The position numbers and the translations under genes are program-made. The notes below the pieces were generated by a model. That model searched no databases, was not told the DNA's origin, and worked only from the letters and a program-made list of their open reading frames with translations. A stretch of DNA of 64,000 nt from the human T2T-CHM13v2.0 reference genome, Homo sapiens. The stretch lies in the NCBI RefSeq assembly GCF_009914755.1, contig NC_060925.1; one strand, 5' to 3'. Shown in pieces: positions 1-20,749 of the stretch (within the stretch, counting starts at the first letter, position 1; each line of letters starts with the position of its first letter).

Positions 1-639
1 CCAGTATCTGTATAATTGACAGTCTCCATAAGTTCATGAGGGGTACATGGGCATGCAAAGTTCAAAATTGGAAATGTGGATATTATTTAGCTAAGGTTTT
101 AAACTAGTGTTCTGCTGCATGGGCTAAGTAACCAAAAAGACTCTCTTTGTCTTGACTTAAAGTTTGTCCACTTGTCATCTTGCCTCCAGGCTGTCTTAAT
201 CTTTGTACTTGAACTGTTCCACTCAGGGGGTAAGAAGCAAGGAAAGAGTAGCCCAAAGAAAAGAGTAGGAAAAGGAAGAGGCTATTTCTTCCTAAGGAGG
301 GGAAGAAGTTGCCTGGTCCTTCAGGGCAAACATTAGGCCTTTTCCAGAGCAGAAACTGGAGTAGATTAGGGATGTGGCACCAGCCTTGGAATATTCCATT
401 ATCCACAGGGAAGCCCTGAGAGACAAGAGCCAGCCAAGGTGAAAAGACTAAACCTGATGAAAGGCATTTAACCTTTCTTTGACCTTTACTCTCCAACTGA
501 GTGGTACCCATCAGAATGCAGTAAATTTTTTTAATGTAAATGCCTAGACCCCAGTGCAGGCTTAATGAACAGATGGAGGAAGCCTTCTCCAAAAAGGAGG
601 TAATGGAGTTCAGACTCTATTTGAAAATATGCAGCACAT

Positions 640-804
640 GGCTGGGCACAGTAGCTCACACCTATAATCCCAGCACTTTGGAGGCCGAGGTGAGAGGATT
701 GTTTGAGGCCAGGAGTTCAAGACCAACCTGGCCAACACAGCAAGCTCCTAACTCTACAAAAAATAAGACTGAAAAATTGTAAAAACTGTAAAACAAAAAA
801 AGTA
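640..804 (+). mobile_element. Alu left-arm monomer (FLAM-like) with TSD
   Basis: GGCTGGGCACAGTAGCTCAC start, A-rich tail, 15-bp TSD AAAATATGCAGCACA at 624-638 and 805-819. Confidence 0.85.
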
Positions 805-933
805 AAAATATGCAGCACACAATATACTCTCTCAGAAAGAAGACATAGCTTCTTACAGAAGGCTGATGGCTTAGTCTGTTTTGTTCTGGTTCTTTTTTTG
901 TTTTGTTTTGTGTGTGTGTGTGTGTGTGTGTGC

Positions 934-1222
934 TTTTTTTGAGAGAGAGGGTCTTACTCTTTTGCCCAGGTGGAGTAGAGTGGTGCAATCATAGTTTACT
1001 GCAGCCTTGACCTCCCTGGCTCAAGCAAGCCTCCCATCTCAGCCTGCCAAGTAGGTGGGACCACAGGTGCATGCCACCACACCCAGCTAATTCTTGTATT
1101 TTATGTAGACCGGTTTTCATCATGTTGCCCAGGCTGGTCTTGAACTCCTGGGCTAAAGCAATCCACCTGCCTTGGCCTCCCAAAGTGCTGGGACTACAAG
1201 GCGTGAGCCACCATGCCCAGCC
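934..1222 (-). mobile_element. Alu (AluJ-like) with adjacent (TG)n
   Basis: Reverse-complement Alu dimer; (TG)n at about 910-932 in the tail region. Confidence 0.9.
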
Positions 1223-1271
1223 TATTTTGTTCTATCTTTAAATGCCTGGTTTAGCATCAGAAGAAAAACAC

Positions 1272-1728
1272 TGTATTAGTTTCCTAGGGCTGCTGTAACA
1301 AATTACCACAAACTAGGTGGCTTAAAACAAAAGAAACTTATTATTTCACAGTTTTGTAGGCTGAAATTGAGATGTTGGCAGAGGTATTTTCCCATCTTCT
1401 AAGGCTCTGGAAAATAACCAATTCTTTACTTCTTCCATCTGCTGCTGGTTCCTGGGATTCCTTGGCATTCCTTGGTTTGTGGATGCATCATTCAAATCCC
1501 TGCCTCCATCATAGCCTTTTCCCCTGTGTCTCTATATGTCAAATCCCTCCACTTTTTCCCTGATAGGGACACCAGTCATTGGATTTAGGGCCCACTCTAA
1601 ATAAAAGATGATCTAATCTCAAGAACCTAATCTTAATTCTATCTGAAAAACCATTATTCCAAATAAGTTTCTATTCTGAGGTTTTAGGTAGAGATATCTT
1701 TTGGGAGAACATCATTCAACTCACTACA
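1272..1728 (-). mobile_element. MaLR solo LTR (MLT1-type)
   Basis: tgtattagtttcctagggctgctgtaacaaattaccacaaactaggtggcttaaaacaa, a typical MLT1 end; ends ...attcaactcactaca. Confidence 0.8.
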
Positions 1729-2171
1729 AGGGGTACCTGCTATGAAAGGCCAGAGAGGCAGCTTATGATGGGCACCCTGAGAATGGAGTATGGAGAGAGA
1801 TGATAAAATATGTCTTGCTACTCATGAGTGAATTAGCACAAACACATGAAGATTTGAGTGGTTAACTGAGGATATAGGCACTCCGATAGGAGGTCAGAAT
1901 GTGAAACTACAAGCTGAAGTTCTTGCTTTGGTGAAATAAGGGAAGAAAGATCAGAAAGCTGAGTGGTCTTCCAAATAGTAAAAAAAATCCTGCTGAGTAG
2001 ATGCATTGAAGAGCTTCATCCCAAGGTAACATCAAGGAGAAGAAAATCTTTTGCTATTCTTGTAAGTCTCTTTGTTTCTGTGATCCACCTATCAGCTTAA
2101 TTGAAGAGAAAGAGGAGGTAGGGTGGAAGTCTCTCTGCTAACTTTGATATTCCTGTGGTTTTTCTCTCCAG

Positions 2172-2351
2172 GTCACTGTAAAACCCCAGAGCAGTTTCCA
2201 TTTGCCAGTCCTACGATCCCAATTAATGACTTTGAGTTTCCAGTCGGGACATCTTTGAATTATGAATGCCGTCCTGGGTATTTTGGGAAAATGTTCTCTA
2301 TCTCCTGCCTAGAAAACTTGGTCTGGTCAAGTGTTGAAGACAACTGTAGAC
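2172..2351 (+). CDS. CR1: CR1 exon 26, SCR22 (first CCP of LHR-D)
   Basis: ttctctccag|GTCAC...AGAC|gtgagt, 180 nt; [61 protein letters not shown] has the 4-Cys/Trp CCP pattern. Confidence 0.98.
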
Positions 2352-2404
2352 GTGAGTAACCCCTCCCTGGGAACTACTTCATGTCTGTTAAAGCATAGGT
2401 GGGA

Positions 2405-2545
2405 CCGGGCTTGGTGGCTCACGCCTGTAATCCCATCACTTTGGGAGGCCAAGGCTGGCAGATAGCTTGAACTCAGGAGTTCGCAACCAGCCTGGGCAAC
2501 ATGGCCAAACCCCACGTCTACAAACAACAACAACAAAAACAACGT
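2405..2545 (+). mobile_element. Alu monomer (FLAM-like) just downstream of exon 26
   Basis: Left-arm Alu with (CAA)n tail; TAGGTGGGA repeated on both flanks. Confidence 0.8.
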
Positions 2546-2916
2546 AGGTGGGATTTGATTCAATTTGCTCAAATTTTGGAAGCAAGATGTCTATATTTGC
2601 CCAAGATATTTTGATAAAGGAAAGGATGGTCTTGTACATCACCCCTTCTTCTTGCTTGTAGTTCCTGAACCTTGACTAGATGCTCATTTCATGAGAATGG
2701 CTCTCACAAAAGAATTAGAGAGAAAATTTACATTCACTGTAGATCATCCTTGATGGCTGACACCATTAAATGAATGAAACAGGGGTACAAAAGAAATTTA
2801 TGTGAGTTGCAGTGAACTGTGCTTGGCTAACTAAAAATAGGGGAGACATCCCAAATTTTGAGGCCTTTGATTTTGGCTGGCGGAATGAGAGTACAACACT
2901 TTAGCCATAAATGACT

Positions 2917-3243
2917 TGTTTTGTTTTTGTTTTGTTTCTGCTGTTGCTGTTGTGTTTTTTGTTTGTTTGTTTGTTTGTTTCTGAGATGGAGCCTTACTCT
3001 GTCACCCAGGCCGGAGTGTAGTGGCGCGATCTTGGCTGCAACCTCCTGGGTTCGAGCAAGTCTCCCTGCCTCAGCCTCTCGAGTAACTGGGATTACAGGC
3101 ACCCACTCCCATGCCCAGCTAATTTTTGTATTTTTTAGTAGAGATGGGGTTTTGCCACGTTGGCCAGGCTGGTCTTGAACTCCTGACCTCAGGTGATCTG
3201 CCGGCCTCGGCCTCCCAAAGTGCTAGGATTACAGGCGAGAGCC
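2917..3243 (-). mobile_element. Alu (AluS-like) with (GTTT)n tail
   Basis: Reverse-complement Alu consensus. Confidence 0.9.
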
Positions 3244-3460
3244 CATACATAACCTTTATTAGGAGGTGCAAGATAGTCTTTTTCAAAGTTGTGTTCGTAG
3301 CTACATGATTCTGAAGTTGTCTGCCAAGTTTCCTCAAAGCAGTCAATTCCATGAAACAATTGGAACTGTATATGCTGTTTAGTATGCCACACTCCAGTCT
3401 GAACCTTACAAAGGTAAGTTGAACTCTATATTTAATCCCAAATTCTGCTTCTTCCCCTAG

Positions 3461-3560
3461 GAAAATCATGTGGACCTCCACCAGAACCCTTCAATGGAAT
3501 GGTGCATATAAACACAGATACACAGTTTGGATCAACAGTTAATTATTCTTGTAATGAAGG
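3461..3560 (+). CDS. CR1: CR1 exon 27, first half of split SCR23
   Basis: cttcccctag|GAAAA...GAAGG|gtgagt, 100 nt; (R)[33 protein letters not shown], in frame with exon 26. Confidence 0.97.
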
Positions 3561-4107
3561 GTGAGTTGAGAATACCATCTCTTGAATATGAGTTCCAGAA
3601 CAGCAGAGCCAACTTCTGACCCAGTCTCAGATAGACAAACTAAACTATTGCTCCCTTTACTTTAAAAGCAAGCAATAGGACTTATAGATGGAGATGATAC
3701 GTTGGACATAGCCATATGATCAAAGGAATACAAAAAAGAAGGTACAATATGTATTGTATTGTAAACCAGAGGAGGGCAACATGTTCCTGTCAAAGGTGGT
3801 ACATGTGAAACCTGGTCAGGCATTCATTGGATGAAAAGGAGCAGCTTACAAATAAGGAAAAGGAAAAAAGGTAGTTGAACCATGTAAACCTCCTTAACTG
3901 AGATCAGTAGGTAATACAGTTGAGTTGGAGGACCCTGAAGCAGAGTTTGGGAGGGTAAACATTAATTGTAACAGCAGCTCTGGAAGAGTATGCATCAAAG
4001 TGCACACAGAGAGGAGACATTATGGGGTTCTTGCTCTTGACTTCTCCTTGGGACAAGTAGCCACACCAAAAGCCATTGCCTCAACTGAGAAGGGGCTTTT
4101 AAAAACT

Positions 4108-9398
<5,291 letters not shown>

Positions 9399-10814
9399 AC
9401 TGTGTACTCATTTTTGGTTGCCATGATAAATTCAGAGAGGAAAAACATGATATATATTAAATTTTACTGCAACAACTAACTGCCCCTTGTCATCAGCCTA
9501 TTCTGTCACTAGAGTGAGTCAGTATTCCTCTTTTCTGACTGTCTGAGCCTGGACGATTTAAACTGCTTTTCACACAACCTCTTGCCCAACCTTTTCTCAC
9601 CTCCCATTGTGAATGAACATAGATTTCCCTATGGTAAACAAAACAAAATATCACCAAATCTAAGGCAAGATAAAGAAATTGAAGATAAAAGAAACCAACC
9701 CAAGAGATCAGAGAAATATTCATCTGCACAACAGCTTCCTCCAATAAACAGGGGACAATCTTTAAAAATCTCTCATATGTGTTTGTAACATAGAATCGAT
9801 GGAACTATATGAGGCATTTATAAGATTTAATGATCTGATATCAGAAAAGTTGAGATTTGAATGAAACACATGGGAGTCGGAAAAGGAGTGATGACTGGTA
9901 GATTGGAGCCTGCCCCCAACCCCCGGAAAAAAAAAAAAAAAACACCAAAGGGATAATGAAGACAAGATTGAATTCTCCAGAATTCATCAAGGACCAGACT
10001 TGAAATGACACATATATACACACAAACACACTACACACAAACACACAGGGATATAATATAGAAATTCCAGAAAAAATAAAAGAAAGCAGAATGAATAGAA
10101 GCATTAATTAGCACATAATGGAAGACAATTTCTCAGGCTATAAAGAAAAATACTAAGTTGATCCTTGAAGGCTTACTAGACAAATCAAGATTAACAACAA
10201 TGGGCCCCGGCCCTACATGGAAGAAAATTATGCCATCCAAATATAAAAAAATACTGCCACTCTCCAGAAATAACAAAAAAGAAGAAATTCATCTTAGCAC
10301 CAAGCTTCCGTTCTGTAACACTAAGTAGTAGAAGTTAGTGTTTGAGAGGAAATATTGTACAATAAAATTTCTGTACTCGGCCAAGCTGCCATTCATCTGC
10401 AAGGCACAGATGCATCGTCTTAAATAAGAAGGAACCCCAAACATACACCAGTTAGATATACTGCCTACAAAAAGAAAAACTCCCACAAAGCTGTGGGAGT
10501 TTTTCTTTTTGAAGAAGAAATCAAAATTCCAAATGGTGTTGTATCAAAGAAATATTAATGAGGCACAAAACTAGTTAAATGGGGTCACTAAAACTGTTTT
10601 ATTTAATATGGAAATAAAATATCAAAGCAGGACTAATTCTTGAAAGATAATTCATGTAATATGAAAAGAAGAAGAAACTTGATATAAAAAATAGATTTTA
10701 TCACTTCAGCTAGGAAGTTAGAGATGAAGTAAGAAAAACCATCATAAACTTATCATATGTAGGGGACACATATTCTTGACATAAAAAATAAGGAGAAAAT
10801 GGTACTTCACACCA

Positions 10815-10843
10815 GTATAAAATCTATATATCTATATCTATAT

Positions 10844-10874
<31 letters not shown>

Positions 10875-10876
10875 TA
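10815..10876. repeat. (TA)n/(TATATC)n simple repeat
   Basis: Directly visible. Confidence 0.85.
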
Positions 10877-11112
10877 ATCAAATTTTAAAAGATAATCAGA
10901 AGGGCGAAACCACTTGGTCCATAAAACAAAAGAGGGGTGAGAGAAACAAGAGCTAGCAAGCTTTCTGTCTCTCTTTTGGGAAACTAGCATTATTACGTTA
11001 AAGTGAATTAATACATGTATTTTAATGCCTCAGTTTTTCTTTCTAATATAATAAATATTAACAGATATAAACTCCATTGGTAAAATCACTTTGAGGTCCT
11101 TAATACTTCTTA

Positions 11113-11444
<332 letters not shown>

Positions 11445-12099
11445 TTAAGAGTGAAAAGAATTCTTGAGACCAAAAAAGTTTAAGAACTAGGGCTTGATGA
11501 TGTTCAAGCAAAGATAGGAAAAGGCTATTGCAAGTACGGTACAAAGCACAGGGGGAAGGTTTCATAAGTATATATATAATATATATATAATATAACATAA
11601 AATTCATATATATTATAAAAATAATAAATATGATATAAATTTGATATAAAATATTATATAAATCTGATTTTTAACATATTTTGATTTTATACTGGTGTAA
11701 AGTACTATTTTCTCTTTATTTTTTACATCAAGAATATGTATCCCCTACATAGTATAAGTTTATCATAGTTTTTCTTACTTCATTCCTAACTTCCTAGTTG
11801 TAGTGATAAAATCTATTATTTTATATCAATAAAAATATTGATATAAATTTTATTTACATGATATACAATATTTAAATATAACATATTTTATATTACAAAA
11901 TATACTACTATGTATTACAAAAAAAAAAACAAACTCCATTTAGCAGAGCAAGAATGGAGTTTGTTTTGTACAGTGCTGAGTTCCAACCCATAGAATTGTT
12001 AAATAAATAAAAAGGAAAGAACACTATAAGATCAAACTCATCAGTTATAATAGTAAATGTGAATGATTCCAATCCCCCCTTTTGAAAGACAAAGGCTTC

Positions 12100-13050
12100 T
12101 AAATATGGTCAGAATCCTATTTACAGTAGCACCAAAAAGAATAAAATACTTAGGAATCAATTTAATCAAGGAGGCACAAGACCTGTGCACTGAAAACTCA
12201 GTAACTGAAAATGAGCAAATGATGTGATAGACATGTCTCCAAGGGAAATATACAAATGCCCAATAAACACATCAAAAGATGTTCAACATCACTAGTCATT
12301 AGGGAAGTGCAAGTCAACCTGACTTTGTACTAGGATGTTTTGTATTAGGATGGTTATAATATTTTTAAAAAATAGGAAATAAAAGGTGTTGGCGAGGATG
12401 TGGAGAAATTAGAACGCTTATACATTGCTGGTGGAAATGTAAAATGGTGTAGCACTGTGGAAAACAGTTTGATGATTCCTGAAAAAGTTAAACATAGAAT
12501 TACCATATAACCAGCAATTCTGCTCCTAGGCATATACCTAAAGAAATTGAAAACAAGGACTGAAGCAGATGCTCAAATACCAATGTCCGTAGCAGCTTTG
12601 TTCAAAATAGCCAAAAGGTAGAAACAACCCAAGTATCTACGAGCAGATGAATGGATAAATGAAATGGAGCTTATCCATTCCATGGAATATTCTTCAGCTA
12701 TACAAAGGAATAGAGTTCTGATACATGCTACAAGATGCATAAACTTTAAAAACATTATGCTAAGTGAAATGAGCCAGACACAAAAGGATAAATACTGTAT
12801 TCCACTTTTATGAGGTGCCAAAAATAAGAAAATTTATTGGACTAAAAATAGATTAGAGATAACCAGTGGAAGGAGAGAATAGGGAGTTACAACTCAATAC
12901 ATCCAGTTTCTCATTGGGATGGTGAAAATTTTTGGAACTAAGCAGTGATAATGGTTGTATAATGTTGTGAATGTCATTGATGCCACTGAATTATACCCTT
13001 AAAATGGTTTTAATGGCAAATTTTATGTTGTATCTCTTTTAAAACAATAA
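12100..13050 (+). mobile_element. Old L1M (L1MB-like) 3' fragments
   Basis: Degenerate ORF2 end and 3'UTR motifs (ggaaacaacccaagt, gatgaatggataaa, gagccagacacaaaagg). Confidence 0.75.
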
Positions 13051-13146
13051 GAAAGAAAAAAATTTTTAAATATATCATGTGATATTAGGAAAGAAAAAAA
13101 CAGATAACAGTATAAGAAAAATAAGAATTTAAAACATATCAAATAA

Positions 13147-13503
<357 letters not shown>

Positions 13504-14774
13504 TGAAGACAAGAACTTTTGAACAAGAGAGCGCTAACTAACGTATTGAAATACATAAAACAAATACTGATATATAGAAGAGCTCATTCAGCTGTTTCAA
13601 AGACAGAGCTCTGTAACACATGTACTCTTACCTAAAGAACTGTCTCCCACCACTGGAAAGGAGGTCTTCTCTGACCAAATACACAGCATCTTGGAGTTGG
13701 CCAGCATTAACTTGGATCATCTGGCTGGCCAGGAAAGGAGTGCTCAGGGAGAAAGAGGATGGTCACCATCCCAACCAGATTGGCCATTAGATCTATGTAT
13801 CAACAGAGTGACATACGGGAGAATTAAAATTCTAGTATGCAAAAATACACCGTATGTTAACAGAAAATAGACTGCAGGGAAATTTGTATTAGGTAAAACC
13901 GAGAGAAAGTTAAGAGCATACAACAGTAGATAAGCAATAGACAACCCGATATAAAAATGAGGAAAGAATATGCACAGGCAATTCACAAAAGGAAACATAA
14001 AAATGGCCTTAAAAATTGCTAAAATAAATATTTAAGCAAAAAAGCTCAGCTTCACTATGGTTTGGGGAAATGCAAATTAAAGCAACAATATGTCATGTTT
14101 TCACAGTCACATTAATAAAAGTTTAAAAGACGGAAGTAGAGGTAAATAGGAATTTGAGGAAAAGGAGCCCTCTCATAGTGGTTCATTGGAATGTGAATTG
14201 CTGCAGCTTTCAAAAAAAAATCTTACACTATCCACAAACAATGAAAGCATAGATATCTTCTTAGCTACTAATCCCACTCCTAGGAAAAGGAGTATTAATT
14301 ACAATAGGTTCTTTATTGCAGTATTGTTTATATAAGCAAAAAGAGCAAACAACCTTGACATCCTTCTATTAGCAGTAGGTTGAATAAATCATAAGACGTC
14401 TACTATGAACTATTTTGCAGCAATCAAGAAGACTTAATTAGATCTCTGTTTAGTGATTTGAATGGGTGACCATGTTGTGATGTCAACAGAAAAAAATAAT
14501 TTGCAGAAAAGCATATAGAGTTTGTTCTCAATTTGGAAAAATAATGACAAATTTGGAGGAGATATCCTATACACATATGTGTGTTTGATTGGGTTTGGAA
14601 AAATCAGGACCACCTGAGATGGAGGTGGGAGTGACAAAATATACATGGTATACTAAGTGAATATATAGGTTATACAATTACGTTGTTAAATTTCTGAAAA
14701 CAAGTGCAACTTAAGCATATAACTAAGGAGTAGATGTTAACCTGGACAAATGAAACATAGATTGTTTTGAGCAA

Positions 14775-14985
14775 GAGACGGCAAAATTTTTTGTCAAGAG
14801 CCAGATAGCAAAATTTTCAATTTTGCAGACCATGCAATCTCTATTGCAATTACTCAGTTCTGCCATTGCAGTGGAAAAATAGCCCTAGACAAATGAATGT
14901 GTGATTGTATTTTGATAAAACTTCATTTACAAATACGTGCTATAGAACAAATTTGGCCTGTGAGCCATAGGGTGACAATCTCCGG
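14775..14985. mobile_element. MER58-type hAT DNA transposon remnant
   Basis: gccagatag...ctattgcaattactcagttctgccattg...ataaaacttcatttacaaa...tttggcctgtgagccatag. Confidence 0.7.
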
Positions 14986-16164
14986 TTAGATGAAGGGATT
15001 GAGAGCATTATTTTTCTTCAATTCTTGTCATTATGCAAAGTCAGAGAATTTTCTAAAATAAATAAAAATACAAATTGGCAAAATAATAATAGTTGAAAAC
15101 TTCAGATTGGGCAAATAAGTGAACAAATAATCACATGTTGAGGAATAAGGCTGCTTTGATTCTTGTGTGTTCAACTTTGAAACCTTTATCACAGTTATAA
15201 AAACCATTTATAAAAGTGATATAACTCCACAGAGTATACCTCAATAAATTTGCACATAGAAGAAATCAAAATGGGTATATTTTCTCATCGCAATACACCA
15301 AAAACTAGGAATTAATAAGCAAATGATACATTAAAAATTCAAGGTTTTAGAAAACGGAGTACCTTAGATCTTGATCAAAGAGAAATTTAAAAACAGCCAT
15401 TGCAGATTACCTGGAGAATAACAATCGCTAATGATCCTCAAGTGCATGTGCCTCAAGCATTCTTCTAAGTCCTTTACTTGAATTGATTTACTTAGTCTTT
15501 AAAAGACCCTTTGAAATGGATATCATGCATATCCCTCATTGTATAGAAGAGAAAACTGAGACAGACAGGTTAACTAATTTGTCCAAATTCATGTGACAGG
15601 TTGAGGTTAGAATTAGAATATCGCCAGTCAGCTTCAACAACCTGTAATGGTAAGCCTTACATTATTTATCTTCTTAATTAGGAATGCTGAAACATATATT
15701 ACTCATAAAAATTTCTGGGGTGCTGATGCCAAAACTGTCCTCAGAGAAATTTTTCAATCCTTTTTGTTACTTGACAGGAAAAAATTCAAATAAATGAACA
15801 AAACATTTCTTAACAATTTTTAAATTATTAAAAACATATATAAAAGGCTGCTGGAGTAAGGAATTAATAAAGTAATGAACAAAGAAAAAATCATAGAAAT
15901 TATAAAGAAATCTAAAAGCAGATTCTTTAAAGTGACCAATTATAAAACAAACAGACTGGGTCAATTGTCATTTCACAAAATAACAATTCTATAAATATAC
16001 AAGAATGAGAAAGAAGACATAAGCCTGTTGATATTGAAGAGATTTAATACTTGATAAAAATATTATATCTTCTCTATTCTAATAAAATTAAAACTATCCA
16101 TGAAATGTACCATGTCAGAAGAAAAATACAATTTACCAGGTGTAGTTTAAAATAGGCAGAATTG

Positions 16165-16690
16165 CTGATAAACCCATATCTGTTTGAGTCCATATTTTCA
16201 ATTCTTTTAGGTATATACCCAGAAGTGGAATTCCTGGGGGATATGGTAATTCTGTTTAACTTTTCAAAGAATTGCCAGACTATTTTCCACAGCTGCTGTA
16301 CCATTTTACATCCCCATCAGCAATGCACAAATGTTCCAATTTCTCTACATCCTCACCAACACTTGTCATTTTTCTGGTTTAAAAAAAATTATTATTATAC
16401 CACCCTAAAAGGGGCTGAAGTCAGTTTGATTTACATTTTCCTAATGACTAATGATGTGGAGCATCTTTTCTTGTGTTTATTGGCCATTTGTATGTCTTTT
16501 TTGGAAAAATGTCTATTCTCATCCTTTGTCCATTTCGTAATTGGGTTGTTTGTTTCATTGTTATTGAGTTACAGGAGTCCTTTATATGTTCTAAGTATTA
16601 AATCCTTATCAGATAGGGTTTTCACATATTTTCTATCATTCTGTGGGTTGTCTTTTTAATCTCTTGGTGGTATCTTTTGTTCTTGACTTG
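16165..16690 (-). mobile_element. Old L1M fragment, antisense
   Basis: atatacccagaagtggaatt...gactaatgatgtggagcatcttttc...ggaaaaatgtctattc. Confidence 0.8.
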
Positions 16691-19539
16691 GACTGCAGGA
16701 CACTTCAGTTCCTCACTACATGGGCTTCTCCAAAGGACAGCTGGCCTCTCCCAGAATGAGCATCTCAAAAAGAGAAGAAAACATTGCAGTGCTTTTTGTG
16801 GTTAGCCTCTGAAGTTGCACACTATATCATTTCCACTTTATTCTAATCATTAGAATCAAGTCACAAAGCACAGCCCACATTCAAAAAGAGAGGAATTGGG
16901 CTCCATCACTTGAAGGGACATGTATAAAATAATTTGTGGACATATTTAAAACCACCACAAAGAAGCACCTTTAAAAAAAGACAATGGCCCAGTTTTGTAA
17001 CTCTTTTTTAACTTCAAGAAATAGATAATCCAAGTATTAATATTATTTAAACTGTTATGGAACATAGAAATAAAATTATAGCCATAATTAAAGTTTGCCA
17101 AAGATTACAAATGAAAATAAAATAAAATATATCTCTGGCTCATTTGCTAATATAAATACTAAAAATCTTAAATTGACTATTAAATAAAACCAATATTAAA
17201 AGAATTATGCAAGGGGAACAAGTAAGGTTATTCCAGAAATGGTTCCAAATTAGGAAACCCACAAACTTACAATATTAAAGAGTACAACTTTTCTTAAATG
17301 TCATATAAATATACTCTCTAATGCCAAAAAACACAATGAATGGTTAAAATCTAAAAGCATGCTTGAATATAATTAAAGTTCAAAGGAAAAGAACACTCGG
17401 CATCCTTCCTATTATTCAAAGTAGTTGTGGAAATTCAAACCAGTAAAATGACAGCCCCCTGTATTTAGAGAGATATACATATAGATATAGATAGAGAGAG
17501 AGAGAAGGCAAATTTATTATTAACTGATGGTTGTTTACCTGAAAACCCGAAGGAATTATTTGAAAGGTTATTAGAATAGGAAATGGTAGTGAGATATCGA
17601 GTAAAAAATAAATACTTATAAATTAATTACTTTCTTTATGTAGGTAACAACCAAATAGAATATAAGGAGGAAAAATACCATTCACAACAGAAACAAAATC
17701 ATCTAGAAAGAAATTTAACAGGAAATATATAGGACTTATAAGCAGAAGATTTAAAAGAGGGGGACATAGAAAAATACTTCAAGAAATGGAAGATATAATA
17801 TTTTATTTAAAAGATTTAATGTTGTGGTGATGTTAATTATCCCTGAATTAGTATGCAAATTTAATGTAATCAGTTTCAATGACATTCTTTTTTTTAATTT
17901 GACAAGATGTCTGTAAATGTCATGAGACCCACCAACAGAATATTCTGAGATAATAACAAGAAGGGTGTTTGATACCAGATCAGAGGTGGGTTTGATACCC
18001 ACCTCTCAGTGTCTGGTAACCACCTTTCTACTCTCTACTTCTACGAGTTCAACTATTTTAGATTTCACATGTAAGAAAGATCATGCGGTATTAGTTCTTC
18101 TGTCCCTAGCTTATTTTGGAAGGTATTTTAAGGCACAAATATGTTGTAGTGTAATTATGTTGTAATTTTTCCTGACCTGATGTCCCACGTCTGTAAAATT
18201 CTTTTATTGAAGCCTAGGCTCTTTCCCTAGGACTCCCTGTCTGGAATCATAAATATCTTACTTCTGTACTTAACAGAATTGTTCTGTCTGCATATAGTCC
18301 CCACTTTTTCTCCAAGTAGTTTCTCAAACAAATGCACTTCCTTTCCTGAAAAGATGAGTAAGATTTTAACAGCTTTAAATCTTTATATATAGATATATTT
18401 TAAGCCAAACGACTACACTGTACATGGTTTTATAGCCCTCTTTAATACTTACGAACTATATTGTATAATTATTCTAATTATTATATATTACTCTACAACA
18501 CCATTTTTAGTGGTTGCATTTTGGTTATTACTTGGATAGTCCATAACCTACCTAACAAAGTCCTTAATGTCTGGAATTAAAGTGGTTTCGCATTTCAACT
18601 GTTAGCAAAAACACTACAATGCACGATCCTGCACACGTGAAAAGAAATGAGATGAGGACTTCACTAACTTCAAAGACAGCTTAAGGATTCAGATCTTCAC
18701 ATGTACACAAGAGACAAGATTTGCAGATTTGAGTGAAAGGCTATGCACGATTTTAAGCCTTTCAGTACATATTGCCAAAGTGCCCTCCACTAAACTTTGA
18801 CCATGACCTACGGAGTGAGTCACAACAGTGACTCTTTCTTTGAGTTTATATTACTGCTAGGTTTTGTCAATTTGCCAATCTAATGGGCAAAAACGGCATT
18901 TTATTTGCATTTTAAAGTGTATTTATCATGTTTATAAGGAAGCTAAACTTTTCATATGTTCATTTGACTATTTCCATTTTTCGTTTGTAAATTATTTGTT
19001 CATAATTCTTTACCATTTTTCTACTTGGGTGTTTGCCTTTTTATAATTGATGTATAAGAGTTGTTTTTATTATTTTTCCTCTGTGGTTTGTCTTCAAATT
19101 TGTATGTAGAAAGGTTTATTTGTAATTATTCAGTTTTATCAGTTTTGTTCATAGTAGAATTTTTCCTCAATGTATGTCTATAGAAGCCTCAAATCAGAAA
19201 CACGTTTGCCTAAATCACCTAGTTCTTTTATGGTTTTATTTTTGACATTTAATCTTTGATACACACGGATTTTGCTTTGATGAATGTCATGAGGCAGAGA
19301 TCTAGCTTAGCTTTTCAGATATTTGCCCTATCAATGAATAATTCAGTTTTCCGTGTCTTGAAATGCCATCTTTATCACTGCCAATTTCTTACAAAAACTT
19401 GTATCTATTTCTTGGGCTTTCCCCCATTTTGCTCTAGGGATCTGTGTCTCTATTCCTGCATCATTTCAATTATTTTACATTTTAAATGCATTTTAACATC
19501 CCTTCTGTTTTTGTGCCTTAAAATACCTTCCAAAATAAG

Positions 19540-20290
<751 letters not shown>

Positions 20291-20749
20291 TTTTAAAAAA
20301 TATTCACTGTGTTTTTTTCAGCCATACATAGGCTGGAACCTTCTTCACATTTTGGCTCCAACAATCTAGCTTAGTCACAGCGAGCACATCTAAAACAACC
20401 TCTAGGAGGCCAAAAGTCAGAGGACTCCCATGATCCTGTGCTCTTAGACAACTTTTAAATGTATGATAGGAGACAGGCAGAGGAAAACACAGGTAATAAT
20501 GGGATTATCCTTTTCTTTCCTTTCTCCAGTGGTTCTCAACTTGTTTAATTGCAGCAATTTTTAAGATTTTTTTTCTTGGCACACTTGAAAAGATTGTATA
20601 CCATAGCCTAAACAGGCTAGCAATAAGTAAAATTCAATCAGTACCTAAAACGTAAAAGAGACTCACTGTGTCTACAAAAACATTGACGGTCATTGCCATA
20701 GTCACACAGTTCCCTTTAGCTTTCTGTCACTGTTTCGGGAAGAGCTGGT

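Noticed and set aside
104-592. 162-aa minus-strand ORF
   Set aside because: No recognisable domain, antisense within a CR1 intron, with no splice or promoter support
1-2171. Inferring the CR1 length allele (number of LHRs)
   Set aside because: The copy-variable LHRs lie upstream of the window; only LHR-D is visible
11560-11930. Extremely AT-rich stretch with imperfect ATATAA repeats
   Set aside because: Low-complexity DNA without regular period or spacer structure; no CRISPR-like or satellite organisation anywhere in the window
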